Shown piece by piece: positions 16,836 to 25,015 of a stretch of DNA of 64,000 bases. Position 1 is the stretch's first letter, and each line of letters opens with the position of its first letter. The position numbers were made by a program, and so were the translations under genes. Origin of the DNA: an uncultured Victivallales bacterium (GTDB taxonomy: Bacteria; Verrucomicrobiota; Kiritimatiellia; UBA8416; CAYOBW01); assembly GCA_964550025.1 (NCBI GenBank), contig CAZJYI010000022.1, forward strand, positions 18,249-82,248, written 5' to 3'. The notes beneath the pieces were generated by a model. The model made no database searches. It had not been told where the DNA came from and saw only the letters and a program-made list of their open reading frames with translations.

Positions 16836-19445
16836 CTATCTCAGGATCAAGACCGTGCCCCTTGACCCCGCGGGAACGTCAAGAGCCCAGTCAACCGCCG
16901 CGTCAAACAGCGACAGACCTTCCGGCGTCAGCTTGTCGTAGCTATTATCATCCAGGAAGATGAACGCCCGGCGGGCGGGAGCGATGAGACCGTTCTCCAT
17001 TTCGGCTCCGGATTCGTAGCCGTAGAGAACGGCGCGTTCCGGATCGCCGGGAACGGTGGCAACCACTTCCACCACACCCGTGGGGATACCATAGCTGAAT
17101 CCGTCCGCAACGTTGTATACGTCAACGGTCCCCGAGAGTCCCGCGGCCATGGCGTGCTCCGGGTCGACAATGCTAACGCTCATCTGCGCGCCCGCCGTGC
17201 CGTTGGAATGCGACATCTCGAACTCGTCCTGCAACGCCTGTTCCCAATGCAGAACGGGAATCGTCACGTCCCGGTACTTCGCACCGTCACCGGACATGAT
17301 CGTGGAAGATATGACGAGAAAATCCATGCCGTCCGCATCCGCAACCACGCTGCTGTCTGCCCTGACCTGGCGCACCCGGGCGCCACGGTCCCGAAAATGC
17401 TGGATCACGGATGGATCGGCGCCGGTGGGATTGGAGGCATCGTACGTAAGAAGCATGACCTGCGGGGGATTGCCGATCTCAAGGTCCGCAACGGCGGAGT
17501 CGGCAGTCTGGCCGTAACTGTCGGTCGCCCTGGCTATCACGGGATAGTACCCCGCAGGGGCATTGCTCCACGTAGCCGTGTAGGGCGCGTGGATGGCCTC
17601 CCCGATCTTCGTGTCGTAGGCGAAGAACTCCACTTTGCTGATTTCGCCGATCGGGCTGGATGCGTCAGCCGACAACGGGATTGAACTGCCCGCGGCATAG
17701 GCGGCCTCATCCACCGGCGCGGTCAGCGTGACGTCCGGGGTGTCCTTGGGTTCGTAGGCAACGCCGATGTAGCGGGTCCGATCGGTGGACCCGACCCCAC
17801 CGCCCGTCGGCGTATCGTCGATGTCGATCGACAGGCCCGTGCCGGTCACGGCTCCCAGGTAGGCCAGGTGAACGTCGCCAATGCCGGCGTCGCTCGTGAG
17901 GCGGGTAGAGTTGTTCTCGTTGAAGAGCCGCAGCGTGTTCCCACTGAGCGCGGCCATGATATCCCAGGCCGCGGGCCTGTTGCGCCCGTGACCGGCCCAC
18001 AACGCATACACACTGTAGGTCTCGTGGACCAGGCCCGTCACCACGGTGGTCAGGCCCGGGGAGCTCTCGGGGCCTGAAGACTCCCACGACCACATTCCGC
18101 CGCCGGGAATGCTGTACACCTGCGTTTCCTCTTCGCCCCACAGGTCATCGTCGCCCGGCCGCTCGAGGGGCGTGCCCCAATCCGTATAGCTGCCGGATGC
18201 GGTGTTGAACGTGTTGGATCCCACCGTCCCGTGCGTGGCGCGAACATACGTCATCGTCTCCACCGTCAGCTCGGCGTGCGGGAGACTGTCGATGGAGACC
18301 GTGTCCAGCGTGACGTACACCGTGTAGGAACCGCTGTGGAGACCGTAGGCCCGGGCAATGCCGTAACTGTTTGATGTCGCCCCGGGAATGGATGAGCCGT
18401 CCTTGAACCACTGGTAGGTGTAGGCCGGCCCGTCGGGCATCGTGATAGAGAAGGTGACGGGATCCAGTCGCGAAACGCTCTGGTGCCCCTCGTTGATGGG
18501 CGGCACGCCAAGACTGAGTGTTGCCGTAACGCTCGTGACCGACCCCACCGAGTTCGACGCGATCACGTCATAGCCCGCAAGTTCTCCGTCGACCAGAACC
18601 AGCGTGCTGTTGGTCTCGCCGGAGAGGGGAGCCCCATCTCTGCGCCATTGATAGACCGGAGATTCGAGGCTCAGTGCCACGGCCTCAAACGTGTTTGTTG
18701 CCGGACTGACGCCGAGGATCCGCATCTGGGCCTGCGGCTGTTGAGCGAAGCTGGGCGCGTCGGGTTGCGACTCGATCTCGAAGCCATTCATGACGAAGAA
18801 GAAGTAGACGGTCGTCCCGATCGTGGAGAACGAAACCGTGACAGGCGTGACGCCGTCCGAGTAGAACGCGGCGTTCAGCTTCGCGGTCGCGTCCAGGGCA
18901 TAGACCTGGTCGCCGTCATTGTCGGTGATGTCGCCGCTCCCGCTCAAGTCCAGCAGTGCATCGTCAAAAGCATAGGTGAACCCCGAGCTCTGGTTGTCCG
19001 TGTCGTGATGGTAGGAAAGCCAGGAGTACTTCCCTGCCGGCAATCCGGTCAGCGTCAGGGTCAGCGTGGATGCCTCACCTGCAGGCAGGCCGTTCGTCCT
19101 CCGTGGGTCGACGCCGGTCCACTCGTACATCAGATCGGGCAGATGGGCCGGGTCGGCATTGTAGCCGCCGAGCGAGGGCCGCTCGATCATCTGCATCCCT
19201 TCCGGCTGCGTGAAATTGAAACTGATGCCTACGGTCACGTTGGTGCCAAAAGCGGAAAACGTCTGGTTGGTGAAATCCGCGGCCGTTTCGTGTGTCGCCA
19301 CCCACGCTTCATAGCCGGACTGCACCCGTGACGCCGGCTGCCCGAAGTCGATCTTCAACTGGGCTTGCGCCGAACCGGCAGAAGCAAGCACCAGCGATGC
19401 GGAGAACGCCATCAACAGTGCAGAACCCCTGGTCGTTTTCATCAT
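16836..19445 (-). CDS. exported multi-Ig-like-domain protein of unknown function
   Basis: Signal peptide MMKTTRGSALLMAFSASLVLASAGSAQA. Ig/I-set-like repeats: YQWRRDGAPLSGETNSTLVLVD and YTYQWFKDGSSIPGATSNSYGI. A bacterial-Ig-like module is present (VTLTAPVDEAAYAAGSSIPLSADA…KVEFFAYDTKIGEA). The C-terminal roughly 200-aa alpha/beta-looking domain is unassigned. The stop is 3 nt before the next gene's start. Confidence 0.6.
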   Translation of the reverse strand: MMKTTRGSALLMAFSASLVLASAGSAQAQLKIDFGQPASRVQSGYEAWVATHETAADFTNQTFSAFGTNVTVGISFNFTQPEGMQMIERPSLGGYNADPAHLPDLMYEWTGVDPRRTNGLPAGEASTLTLTLTGLPAGKYSWLSYHHDTDNQSSGFTYAFDDALLDLSGSGDITDNDGDQVYALDATAKLNAAFYSDGVTPVTVSFSTIGTTVYFFFVMNGFEIESQPDAPSFAQQPQAQMRILGVSPATNTFEAVALSLESPVYQWRRDGAPLSGETNSTLVLVDGELAGYDVIASNSVGSVTSVTATLSLGVPPINEGHQSVSRLDPVTFSITMPDGPAYTYQWFKDGSSIPGATSNSYGIARAYGLHSGSYTVYVTLDTVSIDSLPHAELTVETMTYVRATHGTVGSNTFNTASGSYTDWGTPLERPGDDDLWGEEETQVYSIPGGGMWSWESSGPESSPGLTTVVTGLVHETYSVYALWAGHGRNRPAAWDIMAALSGNTLRLFNENNSTRLTSDAGIGDVHLAYLGAVTGTGLSIDIDDTPTGGGVGSTDRTRYIGVAYEPKDTPDVTLTAPVDEAAYAAGSSIPLSADASSPIGEISKVEFFAYDTKIGEAIHAPYTATWSNAPAGYYPVIARATDSYGQTADSAVADLEIGNPPQVMLLTYDASNPTGADPSVIQHFRDRGARVRQVRADSSVVADADGMDFLVISSTIMSGDGAKYRDVTIPVLHWEQALQDEFEMSHSNGTAGAQMSVSIVDPEHAMAAGLSGTVDVYNVADGFSYGIPTGVVEVVATVPGDPERAVLYGYESGAEMENGLIAPARRAFIFLDDNSYDKLTPEGLSLFDAAVDWALDVPAGSRGTVLILR

Positions 19446-19492
19446 CCTCTACCTCCACTTCCTACTCCCGCTATCGTCAAACGGGATACGAT

Positions 19493-22400
19493 CTACTCAA
19501 GACACGTAATGGTCCCGCCATCGTCGGAGACAAACAGCTTCCCGTATGCCGCCGACATGCCGTCGAAGACGGGGAAGGCATCCAGAGGCGTTTCGGCCAC
19601 AACCTTGCCGTCAGCGGCAGACAGCGCCATCAGCGTGATTCCCTTGCGCCCCGCAAAAACGTCGTCCGAGTGTGACCAGTCGCCTTTCGCGCCGGCGACA
19701 AAAAGGGTCTCGCCTGCCAATACCATCGCCCTCACATGCATCGCCAGCGGATGGTTCCAGACGTCGTTCGCGCCGGTCGTTTTCGTTTTCCTGCCTCTGC
19801 GTGTCTTGCCGGTCGCCGGCGGATCGGACTTCGTCGCCGCACGAGATGCGCACGAAAGGAAGTACCCTTCCCCGTCCTTCAACGCCGCGCAAACGGCCCT
19901 TGCCCGGCCGTAGTGATACAGGCGTTCTTCACCCATGGCAATCAGCTTGCTGCCGCGACCGGCGCCTGTCGGAACGCCGGTTCTGGATACCAGGGAGCCA
20001 CTCCCCACCTTCCAGAAGGTGCGATGGAATTCCGATCGGTCCAGGAAGCCGTTGGCCGAATACAGGTGGTCATTGCCGGGATCATCGAGGCGCTGTCCGT
20101 CCAGGTCAAACGCGATGTGACGCATGTAGACGTACTCCCCATCCGACGACAGAACATCCGGCAACGCCCCGGGCATGGAAAGCCAGTTGACCTTCGTCTG
20201 CCGCCCATCTGGGTCGAGCAGATCGAGACGCGTCCTGGAAAGCGGCTTCCCCGTCACCGGGTCCAGGCGATACAGCGTGATTCCTCCCGTGAGGAACCCG
20301 GATTTCCCTGACGCAAAGTAGACCGCCCCCTCCTCCACCAGCACGCTGCCGGAAACCGGCCAGAGCGACTCAAGCTGACCGAGGGATATGAACTGGCGGC
20401 CATTCACGGCGGCGAAGAAGCGCCATGCCAGCTTCCCGGTGCCGGCGTCGAGACAGTATACATGCCCGTCCCGCGAACCGAAGATTGCCATTCCCCGATG
20501 GAACGTGGGCGACGAGTCAACACGCGCACCGGCGGTAAACGTCCATATGGCGCGGCCGGTTTCGACATCGAGTGCACTCACCTCGTGCGCATCAACCGAA
20601 GAGACAAACACTTTGCCGTCCGCCACCACCGGTTGGGTCAGCGTGCCGCCAAGCTGCCTGCCCCAGCGCTTCTTCGGCGCCGAAGAAACGGCTGGAGCCG
20701 AGGCCCCGGACCGCGCGTTGTCGCCCCGCAGAGTCGGCCATGAACCGGGGTCGTCCCGTACGGCATCCAGGCCAGCCGCACCAAACGCAGGACCCTTCTC
20801 CAAACGGTCCACATCCGCGACCTCTCCGCCGCCATCCCCTTCGGCCTCCGGCGCGAGCGCCAGGTAACCGTTCAGCTTCGCCTCCGGGTAGCAGGCACAC
20901 GGGTTCGGCGGAGCGTAGACCAGACCGTTCGCGGGCATCGAACCAAAGAGACACGCGCCGCGAATCCAGTGGGTCGCGCGCATCTCCCCGCTGGTGGTGT
21001 CGACGAACTCCACGCCGGGCCACGACATAACCAGGAAACGATCCACCGCCTTCGGCATGGAGCAGCGGTGGTGGCAGACGCCCACGCCTTGATCCGTGTC
21101 GATCGGCACTTCGCGCGTCCGCTTTCCGGTCTTCAGATCGTACCCGACCAGCAGACCGATTGCTCCCCTGTTCTTCACCCACGCATCGCTTTCCGGAGTC
21201 CATATCGTCCCGTCGATGACGCACATGCCGATCGGGGACCTGTAGACGCTGGCCTTGCAGTCAACACTCCACAGCTTCCGTCCATCCTCAGCCGAGAAGC
21301 CGGTCAGGCTCCTTCCCTCGGCAAAGCAGACCACACCATCCTCCACGAAGAAGCCAGGGCTCGAATTCGTTGCCAGCTTCTGTTTCATCGGTTTCGATTG
21401 TGTCCACAGCCTGTCCCCGCTCTCGAGGTCGAGGCAGTGAACGGCATGGTCACTGTGGAAAAACACACGCGCGCCGTCAGAGACAAGCGTCAATGGCGTG
21501 ACCCCGCCGCACGATTTGCTCCATCGGGTCCGGCCCGAGTTGGTGTCGATCGCGACAACGGAGCGCGCTTCCGCCGCAACGGCGATGGTGAAACCTCCCG
21601 TCCTCTGCGTCTTGCCCTGATAGGGAACGGGCTCCTTCTTGTCGTTTGCCACCAGGAGCAAGGTCCCGTTCGTGTAGATGATCTCCTCCGTATACTCCGT
21701 ACCCTCGAACGTGCGGAGAACCTCCCCCGTAGCAGCGTCGAGCTCGGAGGCGGGAGCATGCAGCCCAAGCGTAACATACACGCGGTCGGCGGCCGCCACC
21801 AACCGGCGCGTCAACTGGAACGGACCGCTCTTCAACCCGAATAGCTGGGTGTGCCAGATCGGTATCGGCTGTTTCCAGAGCACAATGCCGTTGAACGCAT
21901 CGCGTGCCGTCAGCGACCATTTCGACGACAGATACACCGAAGCCAACGGCCCCTCGTCCATGATGGAAAAGACGCGCCCCCCGGACGTGACCGCCACGCT
22001 CACGCTGGACATCTTCTCGTGGCTTCGCGTCCCGCGCGGATCATCCTCCCATTGCAGCTGCCGCGGCGGCCCCGTGCGCTTGTCCTTCCCGACAGGGTTG
22101 CCTGAAGCGTTGTGCAGGAAATGGCTCCAATCATCTATCTCCGGCGGGACGGCCTTCTTGTAGGCATGCCAGCCCTTTGGCGCCGGAGATTGAGCGGTGA
22201 GTGGCAAGCGGCGAGTGGCGAGTGGCCTTCTCGTCAGAAGCACACCGCGTGGTGCCAGCACTCTGGCTATCTCATCATTTGCCACTTGCCATTCGCCACC
22301 TGCCACTATCAGGTTCACAAGGTTGTCGGTATACGGCAGCCGCTTCCCCTTCAGCAGACTGGCCGAAACACGTCCATAACACCCGGCCTCCCTGATCCTG

Positions 22401-22606
22401 TCCCGGACCCGGTCTACTTCGGCCTCCGACGCTTCCAGGCACTGAAACACCGCGCCCGGGCTCTTCCAGAACGCGGCCGTGTCTGCTCCGCCCCCGATGC
22501 AAACCACGAGCCCTCCCTGAACGCCATACTGCGAAAGCGGAGTCTCCGCCAGGCAGCACAATGCGGAGGCCCAGATGACAAGGACCAAACACCTCACGCT
22601 CTTCAT
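19493..22606 (-). CDS. P1: exported methyltransferase-like + double PQQ/BamB-like beta-propeller protein (uncharacterised family)
   Basis: Signal peptide MKSVRCLVLVIWASALCCLA. Rossmann-like part: GGLVVCIGGGADTAAF…FQCLEASEAEV…LPYTDNLVNLIV…ARVLAPRGVLL. Family motifs: DDWSHFLHNASGNPV, HHRCSMPKAVDRF, IRGACLFGSMPANGLVYAPPNPCACY, SWPTLRGDNARSGAS, and the C-terminal PVFDGMSAAYGKLFVSDDGGTITCLE. Confidence 0.75.
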   Translation of the reverse strand: MKSVRCLVLVIWASALCCLAETPLSQYGVQGGLVVCIGGGADTAAFWKSPGAVFQCLEASEAEVDRVRDRIREAGCYGRVSASLLKGKRLPYTDNLVNLIVAGGEWQVANDEIARVLAPRGVLLTRRPLATRRLPLTAQSPAPKGWHAYKKAVPPEIDDWSHFLHNASGNPVGKDKRTGPPRQLQWEDDPRGTRSHEKMSSVSVAVTSGGRVFSIMDEGPLASVYLSSKWSLTARDAFNGIVLWKQPIPIWHTQLFGLKSGPFQLTRRLVAAADRVYVTLGLHAPASELDAATGEVLRTFEGTEYTEEIIYTNGTLLLVANDKKEPVPYQGKTQRTGGFTIAVAAEARSVVAIDTNSGRTRWSKSCGGVTPLTLVSDGARVFFHSDHAVHCLDLESGDRLWTQSKPMKQKLATNSSPGFFVEDGVVCFAEGRSLTGFSAEDGRKLWSVDCKASVYRSPIGMCVIDGTIWTPESDAWVKNRGAIGLLVGYDLKTGKRTREVPIDTDQGVGVCHHRCSMPKAVDRFLVMSWPGVEFVDTTSGEMRATHWIRGACLFGSMPANGLVYAPPNPCACYPEAKLNGYLALAPEAEGDGGGEVADVDRLEKGPAFGAAGLDAVRDDPGSWPTLRGDNARSGASAPAVSSAPKKRWGRQLGGTLTQPVVADGKVFVSSVDAHEVSALDVETGRAIWTFTAGARVDSSPTFHRGMAIFGSRDGHVYCLDAGTGKLAWRFFAAVNGRQFISLGQLESLWPVSGSVLVEEGAVYFASGKSGFLTGGITLYRLDPVTGKPLSRTRLDLLDPDGRQTKVNWLSMPGALPDVLSSDGEYVYMRHIAFDLDGQRLDDPGNDHLYSANGFLDRSEFHRTFWKVGSGSLVSRTGVPTGAGRGSKLIAMGEERLYHYGRARAVCAALKDGEGYFLSCASRAATKSDPPATGKTRRGRKTKTTGANDVWNHPLAMHVRAMVLAGETLFVAGAKGDWSHSDDVFAGRKGITLMALSAADGKVVAETPLDAFPVFDGMSAAYGKLFVSDDGGTITCLE
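22199..22308. repeat. two inverted arrays of four heptamer repeats inside the P1 coding sequence
   Basis: 22199-22226 reads GAGTGGC AAGCGGC GAGTGGC GAGTGGC. 22281-22308 reads GCCACTT GCCATTC GCCACCT GCCACTA, the reverse complement of nAGTGGC-type units. Arms match at roughly 26 of 30 positions with a 54-nt spacer. Confidence 0.7.
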
Positions 22607-22629
22607 CCGCGAACATCTCCTCTCTCCGT

Positions 22630-24981
22630 CTACCGGATCTCATTCAGCGAGCCATCGAGGCGGACCTCCTGCCCGGCGGCCGTCTCGAATCCAAATGACT
22701 TGTTGCCGTAACGAATACTACAGGGGTTGCCATTGAGCGACCGGACGGCGGAGCCCGTCAACGCGCCGCCTTTCCACGTCAGGTCGACTTCGAACCCGCC
22801 ACGCGCGCGCAACCCTTTCACCGAGCCATCAGCCAGTGCCTGCGGGAGGGCAGGGAGTAGCTCGAGCGTGCCGTCGTGGCTCTGCAGGAGCATTTCCGCA
22901 ATTGCCGACGTGCAACCCAAGTTGACGTCCGTCTCGAACATCCTCCTCTCACGTCCTCGCTCGCCCACGGCGAAGAGATTTGGCCACGAGCTCTTCGCCA
23001 GGATGCTACGCAGATGCCCCCAGGCCTTGTCGCCGTCACGCAGACGCGTATAGCAGCACAACACCCACGCCGCAATGCCCTGGTATTCCGGCGAATCCGC
23101 GGCACCATACTCTACGCGGCAATCAAGCGACTTACGGGCCGCCTCGAACAGCCTTGGCGTCTGCTCCCTCGTGATCTGGTTTCCAGGACAGAGTCCCCAC
23201 AAGTGGGAGATGTGCCGATGCCCTTTGTTGTGTTCATTGAACGGCTTCTCCCACTCCAGGAGCCGGCCATCCTCACCCATGCGCATTGGCATCAGGCGGG
23301 AGCGGAGCTCCTCGAGCTTCTTGCGGAACGGTTCGTCAACGCCAAGGACCTCGCTCGCATCAATGGTGTTGCTGAACAGGTCGTGAATGAGCTGCGTGTC
23401 CATGGTCGGCGCCATCGAGAGCGAGACGACGTGTCCGTCATCTGTAATGAAGCGGTTTTCCGGCGACGTGGACGGCCCCGAAACCATGTGGCCCGTTTTC
23501 GGGTGCTCGATCAGATAATCAACCAGAAACTCGCAGGCCTCCTTCATGATCGGGTAGCTGCGCTCCCGCAGGTACTCCTTATCCCCTCCGAAGAGATAGT
23601 GCTCCCACAAGTGCTGGCAGCTCCATGCTGGCGCCATCGGCCACATGCCGTAGGGCGGATTGCCGATCGCGGCGGTGTACCACCAGGCGTCGGTTGCATG
23701 GTGCGCCACAAAACCGCGACAGCCGTAGGTCGCTCTGGCCGTGACGCGCCCGCGAGGACGCAGGCTGTCAATCATGTCGACGAACGGTTCGTGGCACTCC
23801 GCCAAGTTGCACACCTCGGCAGGCCAGTAGTTCATCTGGATATTGATGTTGATGTGATAGTCGGCGTTGTAAGCCGGATCGAGGCCGCTCACCCATTTGC
23901 CCCACAGGTTGACCGCCATGGCCCCGGGACGGGAACTGCTCATGAGCAGGTAACGGCCGAACTGGAAATACAGCGCGATCAAGGAGGGGTCGTCGGCGCC
24001 CGCGGCAAATGCCTCAAGACGTCTGTCGGTAGGAAGACGTGATGCTTCTCTGCTGCCAAGCTCCAGCGTCGCCCTGCGAAACAGCCGCCGGTGTTCCGCA
24101 ACGTGGGCCTGGCGCATCTGCGCGTAGTCCTTCTCGGCAACGGCGGCCAACTGTGTATCGCAGATAGCGCCCGGATCCTCGCCACGGTAGTCGGTCGCGG
24201 CCACCAATCGAATTTCAACGGAATCCGCCCCTTCAACGCGGAATCCCTTCTTTGCCTCCCCTACCCTTCCGTTCTCGGCACGAATCAACAGGTGCGATTC
24301 GTACCCCACGCCGCGCCATCCCGCGGCGCTCTTGCCCGTGGCCACACCGGAAACGACCAGGCGGTCGCCCCCTCCGGTTTCGACCTTCGCCTTGCCGCGG
24401 GTGAATCGGGCGTCCAGTGTCAGGCCGCCCGGCTTGTCGCAGGTGAAGCGCATCACGACGACCTGGTCCACCGGACTGACAAACACCTCGCGAGTGTATG
24501 CGGCGTCACCGATCTTGAAGCGGACCGTGACAATGCCGGTGTCCAGGTCCAGCTCGCGGCGATAGTCGGTATACTCCTTCCCGCCCCCCGGGTACCTGAA
24601 TGAGAGGTCCAGGTCTCCCAGCGTCTGGTAGGTGTGCATGCCGAACTCGAGCCGTAGCCCGAGCATCTTCTCCTCCACCAGCCTCTCGGCTTCGTAGTAC
24701 TTGCCGTCGAACATCAACCGGCGGACGGCGTCGAGGTACTTGTGCCCACCGGGCTTGTCGCGCTGCATCGGCTGCCCGGACCAGATCGTGTCTTCATTGA
24801 ACTGGATCTGCTCGCGGTGAACCCCGCCCTGCACCATCGCCAACAGCCGCCCGTTGCCGAGCGGCAATCCGCACGTCCAATCCTCGGCGGGTTGCTCGTA
24901 CCAGAGCTTGAGATCGGACGCAGAGCCCGTTGAGAGGATGGCGACCATCAGGGTGAGTATGAGTGTTTTCGTCCGTTTCAT
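22630..24981 (-). CDS. alpha-L-fucosidase, GH95 family
   Basis: N-terminal LWYEQPAEDWTCGLPLGNGRLLAMVQGG…IQFNEDTIWSG. Also NLWGKWV…YHININIQMNYWPAEVCNL and GFVAHHATDAWW, which are canonical GH95 blocks. Signal peptide is MKRTKTLILTLMVAILSTGSA. Confidence 0.9.
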   Translation of the reverse strand: MKRTKTLILTLMVAILSTGSASDLKLWYEQPAEDWTCGLPLGNGRLLAMVQGGVHREQIQFNEDTIWSGQPMQRDKPGGHKYLDAVRRLMFDGKYYEAERLVEEKMLGLRLEFGMHTYQTLGDLDLSFRYPGGGKEYTDYRRELDLDTGIVTVRFKIGDAAYTREVFVSPVDQVVVMRFTCDKPGGLTLDARFTRGKAKVETGGGDRLVVSGVATGKSAAGWRGVGYESHLLIRAENGRVGEAKKGFRVEGADSVEIRLVAATDYRGEDPGAICDTQLAAVAEKDYAQMRQAHVAEHRRLFRRATLELGSREASRLPTDRRLEAFAAGADDPSLIALYFQFGRYLLMSSSRPGAMAVNLWGKWVSGLDPAYNADYHININIQMNYWPAEVCNLAECHEPFVDMIDSLRPRGRVTARATYGCRGFVAHHATDAWWYTAAIGNPPYGMWPMAPAWSCQHLWEHYLFGGDKEYLRERSYPIMKEACEFLVDYLIEHPKTGHMVSGPSTSPENRFITDDGHVVSLSMAPTMDTQLIHDLFSNTIDASEVLGVDEPFRKKLEELRSRLMPMRMGEDGRLLEWEKPFNEHNKGHRHISHLWGLCPGNQITREQTPRLFEAARKSLDCRVEYGAADSPEYQGIAAWVLCCYTRLRDGDKAWGHLRSILAKSSWPNLFAVGERGRERRMFETDVNLGCTSAIAEMLLQSHDGTLELLPALPQALADGSVKGLRARGGFEVDLTWKGGALTGSAVRSLNGNPCSIRYGNKSFGFETAAGQEVRLDGSLNEIR

Positions 24982-25015
24982 TGGAAACCCTCTCTCGGCT
25001 CGCGAGGACGCACGG

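Noticed and set aside
22199-22308. Short tandem repeats considered as a possible CRISPR or minisatellite array
   Set aside because: The units are only 7 nt with no spacers, there are four copies per arm, and they lie inside a CDS. This is not CRISPR architecture. They are kept only as an inverted heptamer-array observation.
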